Part shown: piece by piece, positions 43,267 to 52,241 of the stretch
Numbering within the stretch: position 1 is the stretch's first letter
Layout: every line of letters starts with the position of its first letter
Source: Verrucomicrobia bacterium SCGC AAA164-E04
GTDB lineage: Bacteria > Verrucomicrobiota > Verrucomicrobiia > Limisphaerales > AAA164-E04
Direction of reading: 5' to 3'
NCBI GenBank assembly: GCA_000383715.1
Contig: KB911950.1
Coordinates: 1,371 to 65,370 of the forward strand
DNA: 64,000 bases
Translations under genes and position numbers: made by a program
The notes under the pieces: model-generated
Databases searched by the model: none
What the model was told of the DNA's origin: nothing
Seen by the model: the letters and a program-made list of their open reading frames with translations, nothing else

Positions 43267-43433
43267 GTAAAATTGCAGACGATCGTCTCTGGGTAGAAAT
43301 GCCAAATGGTCATCGCGCAGTAGCGGTAAATACAAAAAAATCAAAATTTGATTTGTCAGAGATACAACCAGGCGATAAAGTCGCCGTTTTCTTCTCGCCA
43401 TCTGATATGGCAAGAGGGACCATTTTAAAATGA
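43224..43433 (+). CDS. infA: Translation initiation factor IF-1-like protein (divergent)
   Basis: S1/OB pattern WVEMPNGH...IQPGDKVAVFFSPSDMARGTI, at the canonical map-infA-rpmJ position. Overlaps map by 43 nt. Confidence 0.72.
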   Translation: MCDPDGFEGRGVVLSKIADDRLWVEMPNGHRAVAVNTKKSKFDLSEIQPGDKVAVFFSPSDMARGTILK

Positions 43434-43452
43434 AAATGGATATTAGAATTTT

Positions 43453-43566
43453 ATGAAAGTAAGAGCATCAGTTAAAAAACTTTGTGAGCATTGCCGCATC
43501 ATTCGCCGTAAAGGTGTGATACGCGTTGTTTGCAGCAACCCTCGGCACAAACAGCGTCAAGGCTGA
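43453..43566 (+). CDS. rpmJ: 50S ribosomal protein L36 (Zn-binding type); below the ORF-track cutoff
   Basis: Manual translation: [37 protein letters not shown]. Confidence 0.97.
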   Translation: MKVRASVKKLCEHCRIIRRKGVIRVVCSNPRHKQRQG

Positions 43567-43583
43567 TAGGAAAGACAGTTTTT

Positions 43584-43979
43584 ATGGCAAGAATCATGGG
43601 TGTAGACATTCCCGGACACAAGCGAATCGATATCGCTTTGCGATACATGTATGGCATTGGTCCGGCTATTTCGAATGAAATTATCGAAGCAACCGGCATT
43701 AAACCATCGATCCGGGCCAAGGACCTGACGGATGATCAATTATCCAAAATTGTTCATGCGATTCAGGACGGCCAGTACATGATTGAAGGTGATCTTCGCC
43801 GAGAAATCAGCATGAATTTGAAGCGAATGCAGGCGATCAAGTGTTATCGCGGTATTCGGCACATCCGAGGGTTACCTGTGCGTGGACAAAGAACATCCAC
43901 GAATGCGCGTTCTCGTAAGGGAGCACGTAAAACAGTGGGTATCCAGCGCAATCCTAACGCTAAATCCGGAATTCATTGA
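43584..43979 (+). CDS. rpsM: 30S ribosomal protein S13
   Basis: [23 protein letters not shown]. Start at ATG 43584. Confidence 0.98.
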   Translation: MARIMGVDIPGHKRIDIALRYMYGIGPAISNEIIEATGIKPSIRAKDLTDDQLSKIVHAIQDGQYMIEGDLRREISMNLKRMQAIKCYRGIRHIRGLPVRGQRTSTNARSRKGARKTVGIQRNPNAKSGIH

Positions 43980-44000
43980 GCAATTCCATTGATTTGATAT

Positions 44001-44711
44001 ATGGCAGAAGAAGAACAAAAAAAGGTTGAAGAAACCGAGGCCACGAGTGCCGCAAAGCCTGAAGCTGTAGAGGCAAGCAAAGAGGCGAAGCCCGAGGCTG
44101 CAAAAGCTTCCAAAGAGGCGAAGCCCGAGGCTGCAAAAGCTCCCAAAGAGGCGAAGCCCGAGGCTGCAAAAGCTTCCAAAGAGGCGAAGCCCGAGGCTGC
44201 AAAAGCTTCCAAAGAGGTGAAGCCCGAGGCTGAGGGCAAAGAGGAGAAAAAAGCCGAGGGTAAAACCGACGATGGCCCAGCTCCCGCCGAAGCACCATCA
44301 GCTGCTGAATTGCTTTCCACTGATCTTGGACCGGCCAAGATCGTCAAGGCTAAAGGATCCAAGAACGTTGTTAACGGAATTGCAACTATTTGCGCTACCT
44401 TCAACAACACCTTGGTCTCCATCACTGACATGCACGGCAACGTCGTCAGTTGGTCATCCGCAGGCAAGGTTGGTTTCCGCGGTTCTCGCAAAAGTACTGC
44501 TTTCGCTGCTCAGCAAGTTGCTCAAGATGCAGGTCGTCAAGCTATGTCACACGGTTTAAAGGAAGTTGAAATCAGGGTCAAAGGCCCTGGTTCCGGCCGT
44601 GAATCAGCGATCCGTGCACTCCAAGCCATTGGTTTGGAGATCAATGGTATCAAGGACGTTACCCCTGTCCCTCACAATGGCTGTCGCCCAAGGAAAAAGC
44701 GTCGCGTTTAA
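44001..44711 (+). CDS. rpsK: 30S ribosomal protein S11 with a long repetitive N-terminal extension
   Basis: [43 protein letters not shown]. Confidence 0.97.
   Translation: MAEEEQKKVEETEATSAAKPEAVEASKEAKPEAAKASKEAKPEAAKAPKEAKPEAAKASKEAKPEAAKASKEVKPEAEGKEEKKAEGKTDDGPAPAEAPSAAELLSTDLGPAKIVKAKGSKNVVNGIATICATFNNTLVSITDMHGNVVSWSSAGKVGFRGSRKSTAFAAQQVAQDAGRQAMSHGLKEVEIRVKGPGSGRESAIRALQAIGLEINGIKDVTPVPHNGCRPRKKRRV
44079..44232 (+). repeat. 33-bp in-frame tandem repeat (4 full copies plus 1 partial) in rpsK
   Basis: Unit AAAGAGGCGAAGCCCGAGGCTGCAAAAGCTTCC ([11 protein letters not shown]) at 44079, 44112, 44145 and 44178, partial at 44211; a degenerate copy lies just upstream. Confidence 0.97.
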
Positions 44712-44729
44712 TTTATTCTACTATTTATT

Positions 44730-45338
44730 ATGGCTCGTTACACTGGACCTAAAACCAAAATTAGCCGCCGATTTGGAATCCCAATCTTTGGCCCCTCAAA
44801 ATACCTAGAGCGCCGTAATTACGGGCCGGGTATGCATGGCCCTCGCTCCAGGCGCAAGAACACTGAGTATGCGCTAGGCTTGATGGAAAAACAGAAATTC
44901 CGCTATTTTTACGGACTACAGGAAAAACAATTTCGTGCTGTTTATGAAACCGCTCGTCGTCGCAAAGGTGTGACGGGAGAAACCATGCTCCAAATCCTGG
45001 AAACTAGACTGGACAATGCCGTATTTCAATTGGGCTTTGCAAGCAGTCGGCCCGCCGCGCGGCAAATGGTCGGCCATGGTCATGTATTAGTTAATGGCAA
45101 AAAAGTCGATATTTCAAGTTACGCACTCCAGGTAAACGACACGGTAGAAATCAAAAATTCCAGCGTATCGAGACAGATGGCTACCAAAAACATGGAAATT
45201 TCAACCAGTCGACGTGTTCCTGAATGGCTGCACCTTGACAAAGACTTTTTCAAAGGTGTCATCATGCGCGTTCCTACCAAAGAAGAAATACAACCAATTG
45301 GCAGCGAGCAAATGGTCGTTGAATTTTATTCCCGATAA
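44730..45338 (+). CDS. rpsD: 30S ribosomal protein S4
   Basis: MARYTGP, LETRLDN, ARQMVGHGH, VEFYSR. Confidence 0.98.
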   Translation: MARYTGPKTKISRRFGIPIFGPSKYLERRNYGPGMHGPRSRRKNTEYALGLMEKQKFRYFYGLQEKQFRAVYETARRRKGVTGETMLQILETRLDNAVFQLGFASSRPAARQMVGHGHVLVNGKKVDISSYALQVNDTVEIKNSSVSRQMATKNMEISTSRRVPEWLHLDKDFFKGVIMRVPTKEEIQPIGSEQMVVEFYSR

Positions 45339-45419
45339 TAACAATACCAAATCAGTTATATGGGCTTAGTGAACGTCGGGACGCTCACTAGGCCAGATTA
45401 AAACTGTATCTATAATATT

Positions 45420-46433
45420 ATGCCAGTAAGATTAGGTCGTTTTGAAATGCCCAAGCGGTTGACCAAAGATGAAGAAACCGCTACCGATAAATACGCAAAA
45501 TTCGTTGCTGAACCCTTTGAAACAGGTTACGGACACACCATAGGAAATTCCTTACGACGTGTCCTCCTTTCCTCCCTCGAAGGTGCCTCCATTACCTCGG
45601 TAAAGATCGACGGAGCAATGCATGAGTTTGCCGTTGTGGAGGGAGTTGCAGAAGATGTCACTGAAATTGTGTTGAATTTAAAGAAGGTTAAGTTCATCTC
45701 ACATTCACGTGATCCACAAACAATCTTACTAAGCGTCAATAAAAGCGGAGCAATCACGGGTGCTGACATTCAAGTCAACCAGAACCTTGAACTTGTCAAC
45801 CCCGAACAGCACATTTGCACGCTCGATAAAAAGAAAAAATTCGAGATCGAAATGGAGATCATGGTGGGACGTGGTTTCTGCCCTGGCGATGAAAACAAAA
45901 AGCAGGACCAATCCATAGGCGTCATACCGATTGACTCTATCTTTTCGCCTGTTACTCGTGTGAGATACAACGTTGAAAGCGCTCGAGTCGGTCAGCGAAC
46001 AGACTATGATAGTCTGATTTTAGAAATCAACACGGATGGACGTATTACCCCCGACGATGCGTTGACACAAGCTTCCGCTATCCTTCAACACCACTTGGAT
46101 GTGTTTGTTGGATACGACAAGAATGCCGTTGAATTCGAAGAAGTGGTTGACCAGAAGGATGATGAAAAGTCCAGAATGCGCAAACTTCTCAACATGAGTG
46201 TCAATGAAATTGAGCTCAGTGTGCGCGCCGCCAACTGTCTCAACAACGCCAACATAACCACTGTCGGACAGTTGGCAATCAAGTCGGAAGCAGAAATGCT
46301 CAAATATCGGAATTTTGGTAAGAAGTCACTGAACGAAATTAAGGACAAACTTACCGGTTTGGAATTGTCACTTGGAATGAACATTGACACTTCTCTCATT
46401 GATTCAAAGGAAGATCCCAGCGCATTGGAGTAA
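45420..46433 (+). CDS. rpoA: RNA polymerase alpha subunit
   Basis: GYGHTIGNSLRRVLLSS, RVGQRTDYD, ELSVRAANCL, NFGKKSL. Confidence 0.98.
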   Translation: MPVRLGRFEMPKRLTKDEETATDKYAKFVAEPFETGYGHTIGNSLRRVLLSSLEGASITSVKIDGAMHEFAVVEGVAEDVTEIVLNLKKVKFISHSRDPQTILLSVNKSGAITGADIQVNQNLELVNPEQHICTLDKKKKFEIEMEIMVGRGFCPGDENKKQDQSIGVIPIDSIFSPVTRVRYNVESARVGQRTDYDSLILEINTDGRITPDDALTQASAILQHHLDVFVGYDKNAVEFEEVVDQKDDEKSRMRKLLNMSVNEIELSVRAANCLNNANITTVGQLAIKSEAEMLKYRNFGKKSLNEIKDKLTGLELSLGMNIDTSLIDSKEDPSALE

Positions 46434-46455
46434 AACAATTTAATATTCACTTTTC

Positions 46456-46971
46456 ATGAGACACTTAAAACGTAATGCTAAACTTGGTCGCAAAGGCGCG
46501 CACCGCAACGCTATGCTGGCTAATATGGTGTGCAGCCTGATCAAGAACAAAAGAGTTACTACTACCTTAGCAAAGGCCAAAGCAGTGCGTCCTGTTGCAG
46601 AAAAAATGGTCACACTCGGCAAAAAAGGTTCTATTCATCACCGCCGGTTAGCAGCTTCTCGTTTGCATCAGGAAGACGCCGTTCAGATTCTTTTCAACGA
46701 AATTGCTCCAGGTCATCAGGATCGCCCAGGTGGTTACACGCGTATCATTAAATTGCATGAACGCCGCGGCGATGCTGCGCAAATGGCAATGATCGAGTTT
46801 GTAGAAACAAGCTCAACTGCTGAACCCGAAGGTTCTTCTGATAGCACAACCGAGACGGCTGCAGAAACACCGACAACCACTGAGGCACCTGTTACGGAGG
46901 CCATTGCTGATACTCCTTCAGAGGAGAAGCCAGAAGCTGTTAAGCAAGAAGAAGAAAAGAAAGACGCTTAA
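46456..46971 (+). CDS. rplQ: 50S ribosomal protein L17 with an acidic C-terminal tail
   Basis: MRH..KLGR, TTLAKAK, RPGGYTRI, RRGDAA. Confidence 0.98.
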   Translation: MRHLKRNAKLGRKGAHRNAMLANMVCSLIKNKRVTTTLAKAKAVRPVAEKMVTLGKKGSIHHRRLAASRLHQEDAVQILFNEIAPGHQDRPGGYTRIIKLHERRGDAAQMAMIEFVETSSTAEPEGSSDSTTETAAETPTTTEAPVTEAIADTPSEEKPEAVKQEEEKKDA

Positions 46972-46998
46972 CAGTAGTAACGAATATCAATTTCTCAC

Positions 46999-47030
46999 AA
47001 CTCGCTTCTCCAAGGGGAAGCGAGTTTTTT
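46999..47030 (+). terminator. Intrinsic terminator ending the superoperon
   Basis: AACTCGCTTCTC-CAAG-GGGAAGCGAGTT followed by a T-run; abuts the stop codon of the convergent gene. Confidence 0.85.
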
Positions 47031-47760
47031 ATTGGGTGCGTTTGTCTTTCAGGAACTGAACGTGTCCATCCATCATGAGTCTGTTTCTCCCCTTTGGATG
47101 AACGGCTCTTCCTCTGATCGATTCATCGATACTGTCGATTGTAGAAGGATAGTAAACATCGACCATCAATTCGACCTCCGTAGGACCATTTGGGATGCCT
47201 ATAAAAGGATTCGCTTCTTTCCTCAAATGTTGAATGACTTGATTTTCCGTTTTCCCCCAAAAATTATCCAGTGGGATTTCTTCTGTATTTTGGTCGAATC
47301 GCCACATCCAATATCCACTCAACGGAGCATTTGTTGTAAAACCAATATGCTGGACTGATGAAATAGCTTTTCCCAACGGTGATTTCCTGATGCTTGGACA
47401 CATCCAGGTCTTTTCGGAGCCTACTGTATTGGATAAGATCAATCCTGCCCAACCTGAGCGAGGATCAGACCTGGGCCAATTACCCCAAGGTTTGTAACCT
47501 CCGGGTAATAACGATTTTAAATCTCTCCTGTCAGGGAAACGCTCATCATGATCAGAGCGATACATTCTGAATGCCAGATCAATTTGACGCATATTCGACA
47601 CACACACGATTCGGTTTGCTTTTTTCTTAGCCTGACTCAAAGCCGGTAGCAGTAAACTTGCCAATATGGCAATGATTGCGATAACGACTAATAACTCAAT
47701 TAAGGTAAAGCCCTCGGAAATAACAACTTGTCTTGCTTTTGGATTGGATGGTTTGATCAT
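47029..47760 (-). CDS. Prepilin-type N-terminal cleavage/methylation protein with H-X9-DG motif
   Basis: [25 protein letters not shown]...C.SNMRQI; C-terminal [14 protein letters not shown]. Confidence 0.93.
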   Translation of the reverse strand: MIKPSNPKARQVVISEGFTLIELLVVIAIIAILASLLLPALSQAKKKANRIVCVSNMRQIDLAFRMYRSDHDERFPDRRDLKSLLPGGYKPWGNWPRSDPRSGWAGLILSNTVGSEKTWMCPSIRKSPLGKAISSVQHIGFTTNAPLSGYWMWRFDQNTEEIPLDNFWGKTENQVIQHLRKEANPFIGIPNGPTEVELMVDVYYPSTIDSIDESIRGRAVHPKGRNRLMMDGHVQFLKDKRTQ

Positions 47761-47769
47761 CTGAAAGGA

Positions 47770-49944
47770 TTAGTTTGGCAGACTAAAAGCTATGTAGGAA
47801 ACACCCGACTTTGTGTTCATTTTTCCTCCCCCACACGCAATCACAATATACTGTTTGCCGTCAATGGCATAAATGGCGGGTGTTGCATATCCGCCTGCTG
47901 GAAGGTTGGCTTCCCAAAGGACCTCTCCAGTGAATTTATCAAATGCTCGGAATTTTTCATCCTTTGATGCTCCGATGAAAATGAGTCCACCAGCCGTGAC
48001 TACGGGACCTCCATAGTTTTCGGTGCCTGTGGGTGAGATGCCTCGGGCTGTCAGGTCTTTAAATTCTCCTAATGTGACTTGCCAGATGATGCGTCCCTCT
48101 TTCAAGTCAATTGCATTCAAAGTTCCCCACGGTGGTTTGACAGCCGGGTAACCCTCATTATCGAGGAAACGGTTATAACCAGTGTGGGTGTAAGGGGATT
48201 TGTCCTCATCTTCCTTCGTTTTCGCTTCTCTTGTTTGTGTGAATGAGTCTGGTTTTTCTGTCACCTCATCTCCCAGTAAAAAATTGGCAATTGCGGATTT
48301 TTCCGCTTCTTTCAAAAAAGCAAAAGCAGGCATGACTCCTTTACCTTGACTCATTTGAGCCATGATTTGTGCCTTGTTCATTTTTTCACCAATGTTGGCT
48401 ATCGCCGGAAAGGTTTTCTGAGGATCGCCCTCTTGGTCCATTCCATGGCATGTTGCACATAATCTTCCGTAAAGTAATTTACCGCTCGAGATGTCTGCTG
48501 TGGATATATCCTTACCACTTTCTACCATTGTAAGGATCCATGGCATTTCATTGGCGTTTACATACAACCATTCCGTTGCTGGATCCCAGGCGGCTCCCCC
48601 CCATTCGCCACCCCCGTCGAATCCCGGGAAAATAACCGTTCCAGCTGCACTTGGTGGCACGAACTGACCTCCACTTCGAACTGACTTCAATTTGGCGCTC
48701 ATCAATCTGTTCGATTCAGGGGAAATTTGTGTGATATCGCCAGGTTTCAACTGTTGGCGTGCAAAGGGCGGCGGAATCGTAGGTATGGGCTGTGTTGGCC
48801 AAGCTTCTTCCTCTTTCAGGCCGGAAGGGGGGAAGGGGCGCTCCTCAATTGGGAAAATAGGCTTACCGGTTTCACGGTGAAACAGAAAAACATGGCCCGA
48901 TTTCGTAATTTGCGCGACAGCTTCTATTGTTTCTTGATTGATTGTTAACTCAATAAGGTTGGGAGAAGCCGGAAGATCACGGTCCCAAAGATCATGGTGG
49001 ACCAGTTGGTAGTGCCATACCCTTTCTCCCGTCTTGGCATCTAGTACCAAAAGGCAATTTCCAAAAAGATTTTTGCCTTTACGGTTGCCACCCCAAAAAT
49101 CAAAAGCGGGTGAGCCCGTTGGGCAAAAAACCCATCCACGCTTCTCGTCGACGGCCAATCCACTCCAGGCATTGGCTCCACCCATCTTGCTCCAGGCATC
49201 GCTGGGCCAGGTTTCATAACCAAATTCACTGGGGTGGGGTATTGTGTGAAAGACCCATTCAAGATTTCCCGTTCTGACGTTGTAGGCACGAATATATCCA
49301 GGAGCTGATGGTCCAGGGCCTTCGCTGACACGTGTACCCAAAATAAGTAAATCCCCGTAGATCGATCCTGGCGTGTTGGAAAGAATGAAGGATTTTTCAG
49401 CGCCTGGGCGCAAATGTTTTCGAAGGTCAATTCGCCCATCATACCCAAAATCGCGAATAAGGTGACCTGTTTTTGTGTCGAGAGCGTGCAGCCAATGACT
49501 TGCCGTGAATAGGATCCTCGATTTTCCCGCCTCTTCCCAGAATATCAGACCACGATTTACACCGACTGGATTGCTTTTTGTGAAAGGATTAAACTGCCAT
49601 TTTTCCTCTCCAGTTGCAGCGTCCACAGCAAAGATGATCAGGTTGGGAGAGGAACCGTACAGCACTCCATCGACAACGAGGGGATTGCATTGGATCTGAG
49701 ATCGCAATTTTTTATTGAGTGGTTCTGATTTGTATTCCCAAGCTACCTTGAGATGCCTTACATTCCCCTGGTGAATCTGTTTGAGTGGCGAATATTGAGT
49801 GCTGGCATTGTCGGCTCCAAATGCCTTCCAATCATTGGTATGCGCTTGTAATTGGATTACAGATAGACAGAACAGAGCTTCGAGGTAAATGAGCGCCAAG
49901 GCTTTGCTCAAATTGGGGCAACGATGCGTGGTTTTGTGAATCAC
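47770..49944 (-). CDS. PQQ-dependent (glucose/sugar-type) dehydrogenase with an inserted cytochrome c domain
   Basis: PQQ propeller motifs (AVDAATGEEKW, GYIRAYNVRTG, HHDLWDRDLP, FPGFDGGGEWGG, KPPWGTLNAIDL) and heme motif CATCH. Start uncertain: GTG 49944 precedes a signal-like segment; the ORF track gives 50073. Confidence 0.87.
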   Translation of the reverse strand: MIHKTTHRCPNLSKALALIYLEALFCLSVIQLQAHTNDWKAFGADNASTQYSPLKQIHQGNVRHLKVAWEYKSEPLNKKLRSQIQCNPLVVDGVLYGSSPNLIIFAVDAATGEEKWQFNPFTKSNPVGVNRGLIFWEEAGKSRILFTASHWLHALDTKTGHLIRDFGYDGRIDLRKHLRPGAEKSFILSNTPGSIYGDLLILGTRVSEGPGPSAPGYIRAYNVRTGNLEWVFHTIPHPSEFGYETWPSDAWSKMGGANAWSGLAVDEKRGWVFCPTGSPAFDFWGGNRKGKNLFGNCLLVLDAKTGERVWHYQLVHHDLWDRDLPASPNLIELTINQETIEAVAQITKSGHVFLFHRETGKPIFPIEERPFPPSGLKEEEAWPTQPIPTIPPPFARQQLKPGDITQISPESNRLMSAKLKSVRSGGQFVPPSAAGTVIFPGFDGGGEWGGAAWDPATEWLYVNANEMPWILTMVESGKDISTADISSGKLLYGRLCATCHGMDQEGDPQKTFPAIANIGEKMNKAQIMAQMSQGKGVMPAFAFLKEAEKSAIANFLLGDEVTEKPDSFTQTREAKTKEDEDKSPYTHTGYNRFLDNEGYPAVKPPWGTLNAIDLKEGRIIWQVTLGEFKDLTARGISPTGTENYGGPVVTAGGLIFIGASKDEKFRAFDKFTGEVLWEANLPAGGYATPAIYAIDGKQYIVIACGGGKMNTKSGVSYIAFSLPN

Positions 49945-50184
49945 ATCCGAACCATAGCGATTGCGCTCAAAAAGGAAAGTCCAAGATCTTTGGCTGTGCT
50001 CTGGGCTTGACCAATATGACCAGGGGATATCTCCGTTCGCCTCAAGATTTGACTCAATCCATGCAATTTTCAATGTTGCGGTGGATCAGAAAAAGTAAAT
50101 TCATCAAAATAATCGCTTGTCACATTGGGCGCGATGATCTACTTAGTTTCTTCCTTCGTTTGTAAAAGCGAGACTTCTACGGGT

Positions 50185-50259
<75 letters not shown>

Positions 50260-50348
50260 TTTTAATCCTGCATTCTCTGTTTGCAATAGATGGTTTCTTT
50301 TCGGAAATTCTTTTCAGAATTCCCTTCAACTATTATCCTTCGACGCCA

Positions 50349-51389
50349 ATGAAAGTTCTTGTCACAGGGTCAAGTGGATTGATCGGGTCCGAAGCTGTCC
50401 GGCTATTGGACCGGGCGGGGCATGTTGTGTCGGGGGTAGACAATAATATGCGGCGTGAATTCTTTGGCCCGGCGGGGGATACCACTTGGGTGCTTGAGCG
50501 CTTACGTAAAAAAACCAGAAATTTTACCCATCATACCCTTGATATCAGAGACCGAGAAGGAGTTCTGGATTTATTCAAGCAACACAAATTTGACCTAATC
50601 ATCCATTGTGCTGCTCAACCTTCCCATGACAAGGCGAAGGATATTCCGTTTACTGATTTCGATGTGAATGCGGGAGGGACATTGAATTTGCTGGAATCAA
50701 CACGCCAGACTCAGGCTGAAGCAGTGTTCATATTCATGTCCACTAACAAAGTCTACGGTGACGCTCCCAATGAGTTTCCTCTTAAAGAATTGCCAACGCG
50801 GTGGGACTACGAGCGAGAAGAGGATTATTGGGGTGTCAGTGAAAATTGCCGCATTGATCAAACTCTCCACAGCTTATTCGGAGCGAGCAAGACAGCGGCT
50901 GATGTGATGGCTCAGGAATATGGTAGGTATTTTGGCATGAATGTCGGGATATTCAGGGGAGGGTGCCTTACGGGGGAGCACCACTCCGGTGTTCAATTGC
51001 ACGGCTTTCTTTCCTATCTGGTCAAAGTTGCCAAATCCGGGGGAAAGTATTCATTGCTTGGCTACAAAGGAAAACAAGTGAGAGACCAGATCCACAGCGA
51101 AGATGTGATCAGTGCCTTTCTGGCGTTTGCGAATAACCCCAGGCAAGGAGAAGTTTATAATCTTGGTGGAGGACGTGGGAACAGCGCCTCCATCCTCGAG
51201 TGTATCTCAAAGATCGAAAGCCAGCTGGAAAAGAAGCTTCAAACCGAATACGTGGAAGAGAATAGGAAAGGTGATCACATCTGTTATATGTCCGATCTTC
51301 GGAAGTTTCAAAGTCATTTTCCTCAATGGAACCTGAAGTGGTCGCTGGATCGTATCATTGATAGAATGGTTCATCAGGTGGATTCATGA
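50349..51389 (+). CDS. NAD-dependent nucleotide-sugar epimerase (CDP-paratose 2-epimerase-like)
   Basis: MKVLVTGSSGLIG, HCAAQPSHD, STNKVYGD, LFGASK, GYKGKQVRD. Start at ATG 50349. Confidence 0.88.
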   Translation: MKVLVTGSSGLIGSEAVRLLDRAGHVVSGVDNNMRREFFGPAGDTTWVLERLRKKTRNFTHHTLDIRDREGVLDLFKQHKFDLIIHCAAQPSHDKAKDIPFTDFDVNAGGTLNLLESTRQTQAEAVFIFMSTNKVYGDAPNEFPLKELPTRWDYEREEDYWGVSENCRIDQTLHSLFGASKTAADVMAQEYGRYFGMNVGIFRGGCLTGEHHSGVQLHGFLSYLVKVAKSGGKYSLLGYKGKQVRDQIHSEDVISAFLAFANNPRQGEVYNLGGGRGNSASILECISKIESQLEKKLQTEYVEENRKGDHICYMSDLRKFQSHFPQWNLKWSLDRIIDRMVHQVDS

Positions 51390-52159
51390 AGGTAAACGAT
51401 CTGCCTTGTCATCACATACTTGGGACGCCCGTCAGTGCGACTTCCTATGCGGACTTGACTCTTTTTTGTCAGCAAGAATCCAAAAATGGCAGGGTAATTT
51501 CATTGGATTTTTCAAACACCCAGATCATTACCATGCGATGCCTGGATGCCGATTTTAGGGAGCAGACCTCCAACGTGGATTACTTCATTCCCGACGGCAT
51601 GCCCCTTATCTGGTGCCTGAATAATCAGCAGGCGAACTTGAAAGACAGGGTTTACGGTCCTGCGTTCATGAAACATTGTGTCAATCACTCGCCCAAACCA
51701 TTCACACATTTTTTTCTTGGGGGTTCGGATGCTTGTTTGGAGCAGCTGAAGCAAGCTTTTGAGAAATGGCAGCCTGAAGTTCAGGTTGTGGGAATGCAGA
51801 ATGGCTATTTCAAGGAAGAATCATCAGTGGAAATCGTTGAAGAGATCAATCGTCTTGCGCCTGATTTTATCTGGGTTGGTTTAGGGACACCCAAGCAGCA
51901 AGCATGGATTCATCAGCATAAAGATCAGATCAAGCGCGGGCTTTTGCTGGCGGTTGGTTTTGCGTTTGATGTGAATGCGGGAACCAAACCTGACGCTCCC
52001 ATGTGGATGCAGAACATGGGCTTAGGCTGGCTGTTCCGATTGCTGAGTGAGCCTAGGCGGCTATTCGGCAGATACCTCTATTACAACACGATGTTCCTTT
52101 TCCTCCTTGTCCGTGGTTTGCTTAAAGGCAATGCATGGAAAAGGGGATTTGCGCCGTGA
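51386..52159 (+). CDS. WecB/TagA/CpsF family glycosyltransferase
   Basis: PDGMPL, RVYGP, WVGLGTPKQ, GFAFD, GLGWLFRL..EPRRL. Confidence 0.92.
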   Translation: MKVNDLPCHHILGTPVSATSYADLTLFCQQESKNGRVISLDFSNTQIITMRCLDADFREQTSNVDYFIPDGMPLIWCLNNQQANLKDRVYGPAFMKHCVNHSPKPFTHFFLGGSDACLEQLKQAFEKWQPEVQVVGMQNGYFKEESSVEIVEEINRLAPDFIWVGLGTPKQQAWIHQHKDQIKRGLLLAVGFAFDVNAGTKPDAPMWMQNMGLGWLFRLLSEPRRLFGRYLYYNTMFLFLLVRGLLKGNAWKRGFAP

Positions 52160-52241
52160 TACACTCTGCCACGGAAAATTTTATTTAAGTCTGAGTGAAA
52201 TAAGATTAAATCGGTCCAATACCTAGTTTATCTCAACATTC

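Noticed and set aside
44079-44232. 33-bp repeats as a possible CRISPR array
   Set aside because: Head-to-tail with no spacers, in frame within rpsK, and no cas genes nearby.
43960-44491. Minus-strand repetitive ORFs ([22 protein letters not shown])
   Set aside because: Antisense shadows of the rpsK tandem repeat.
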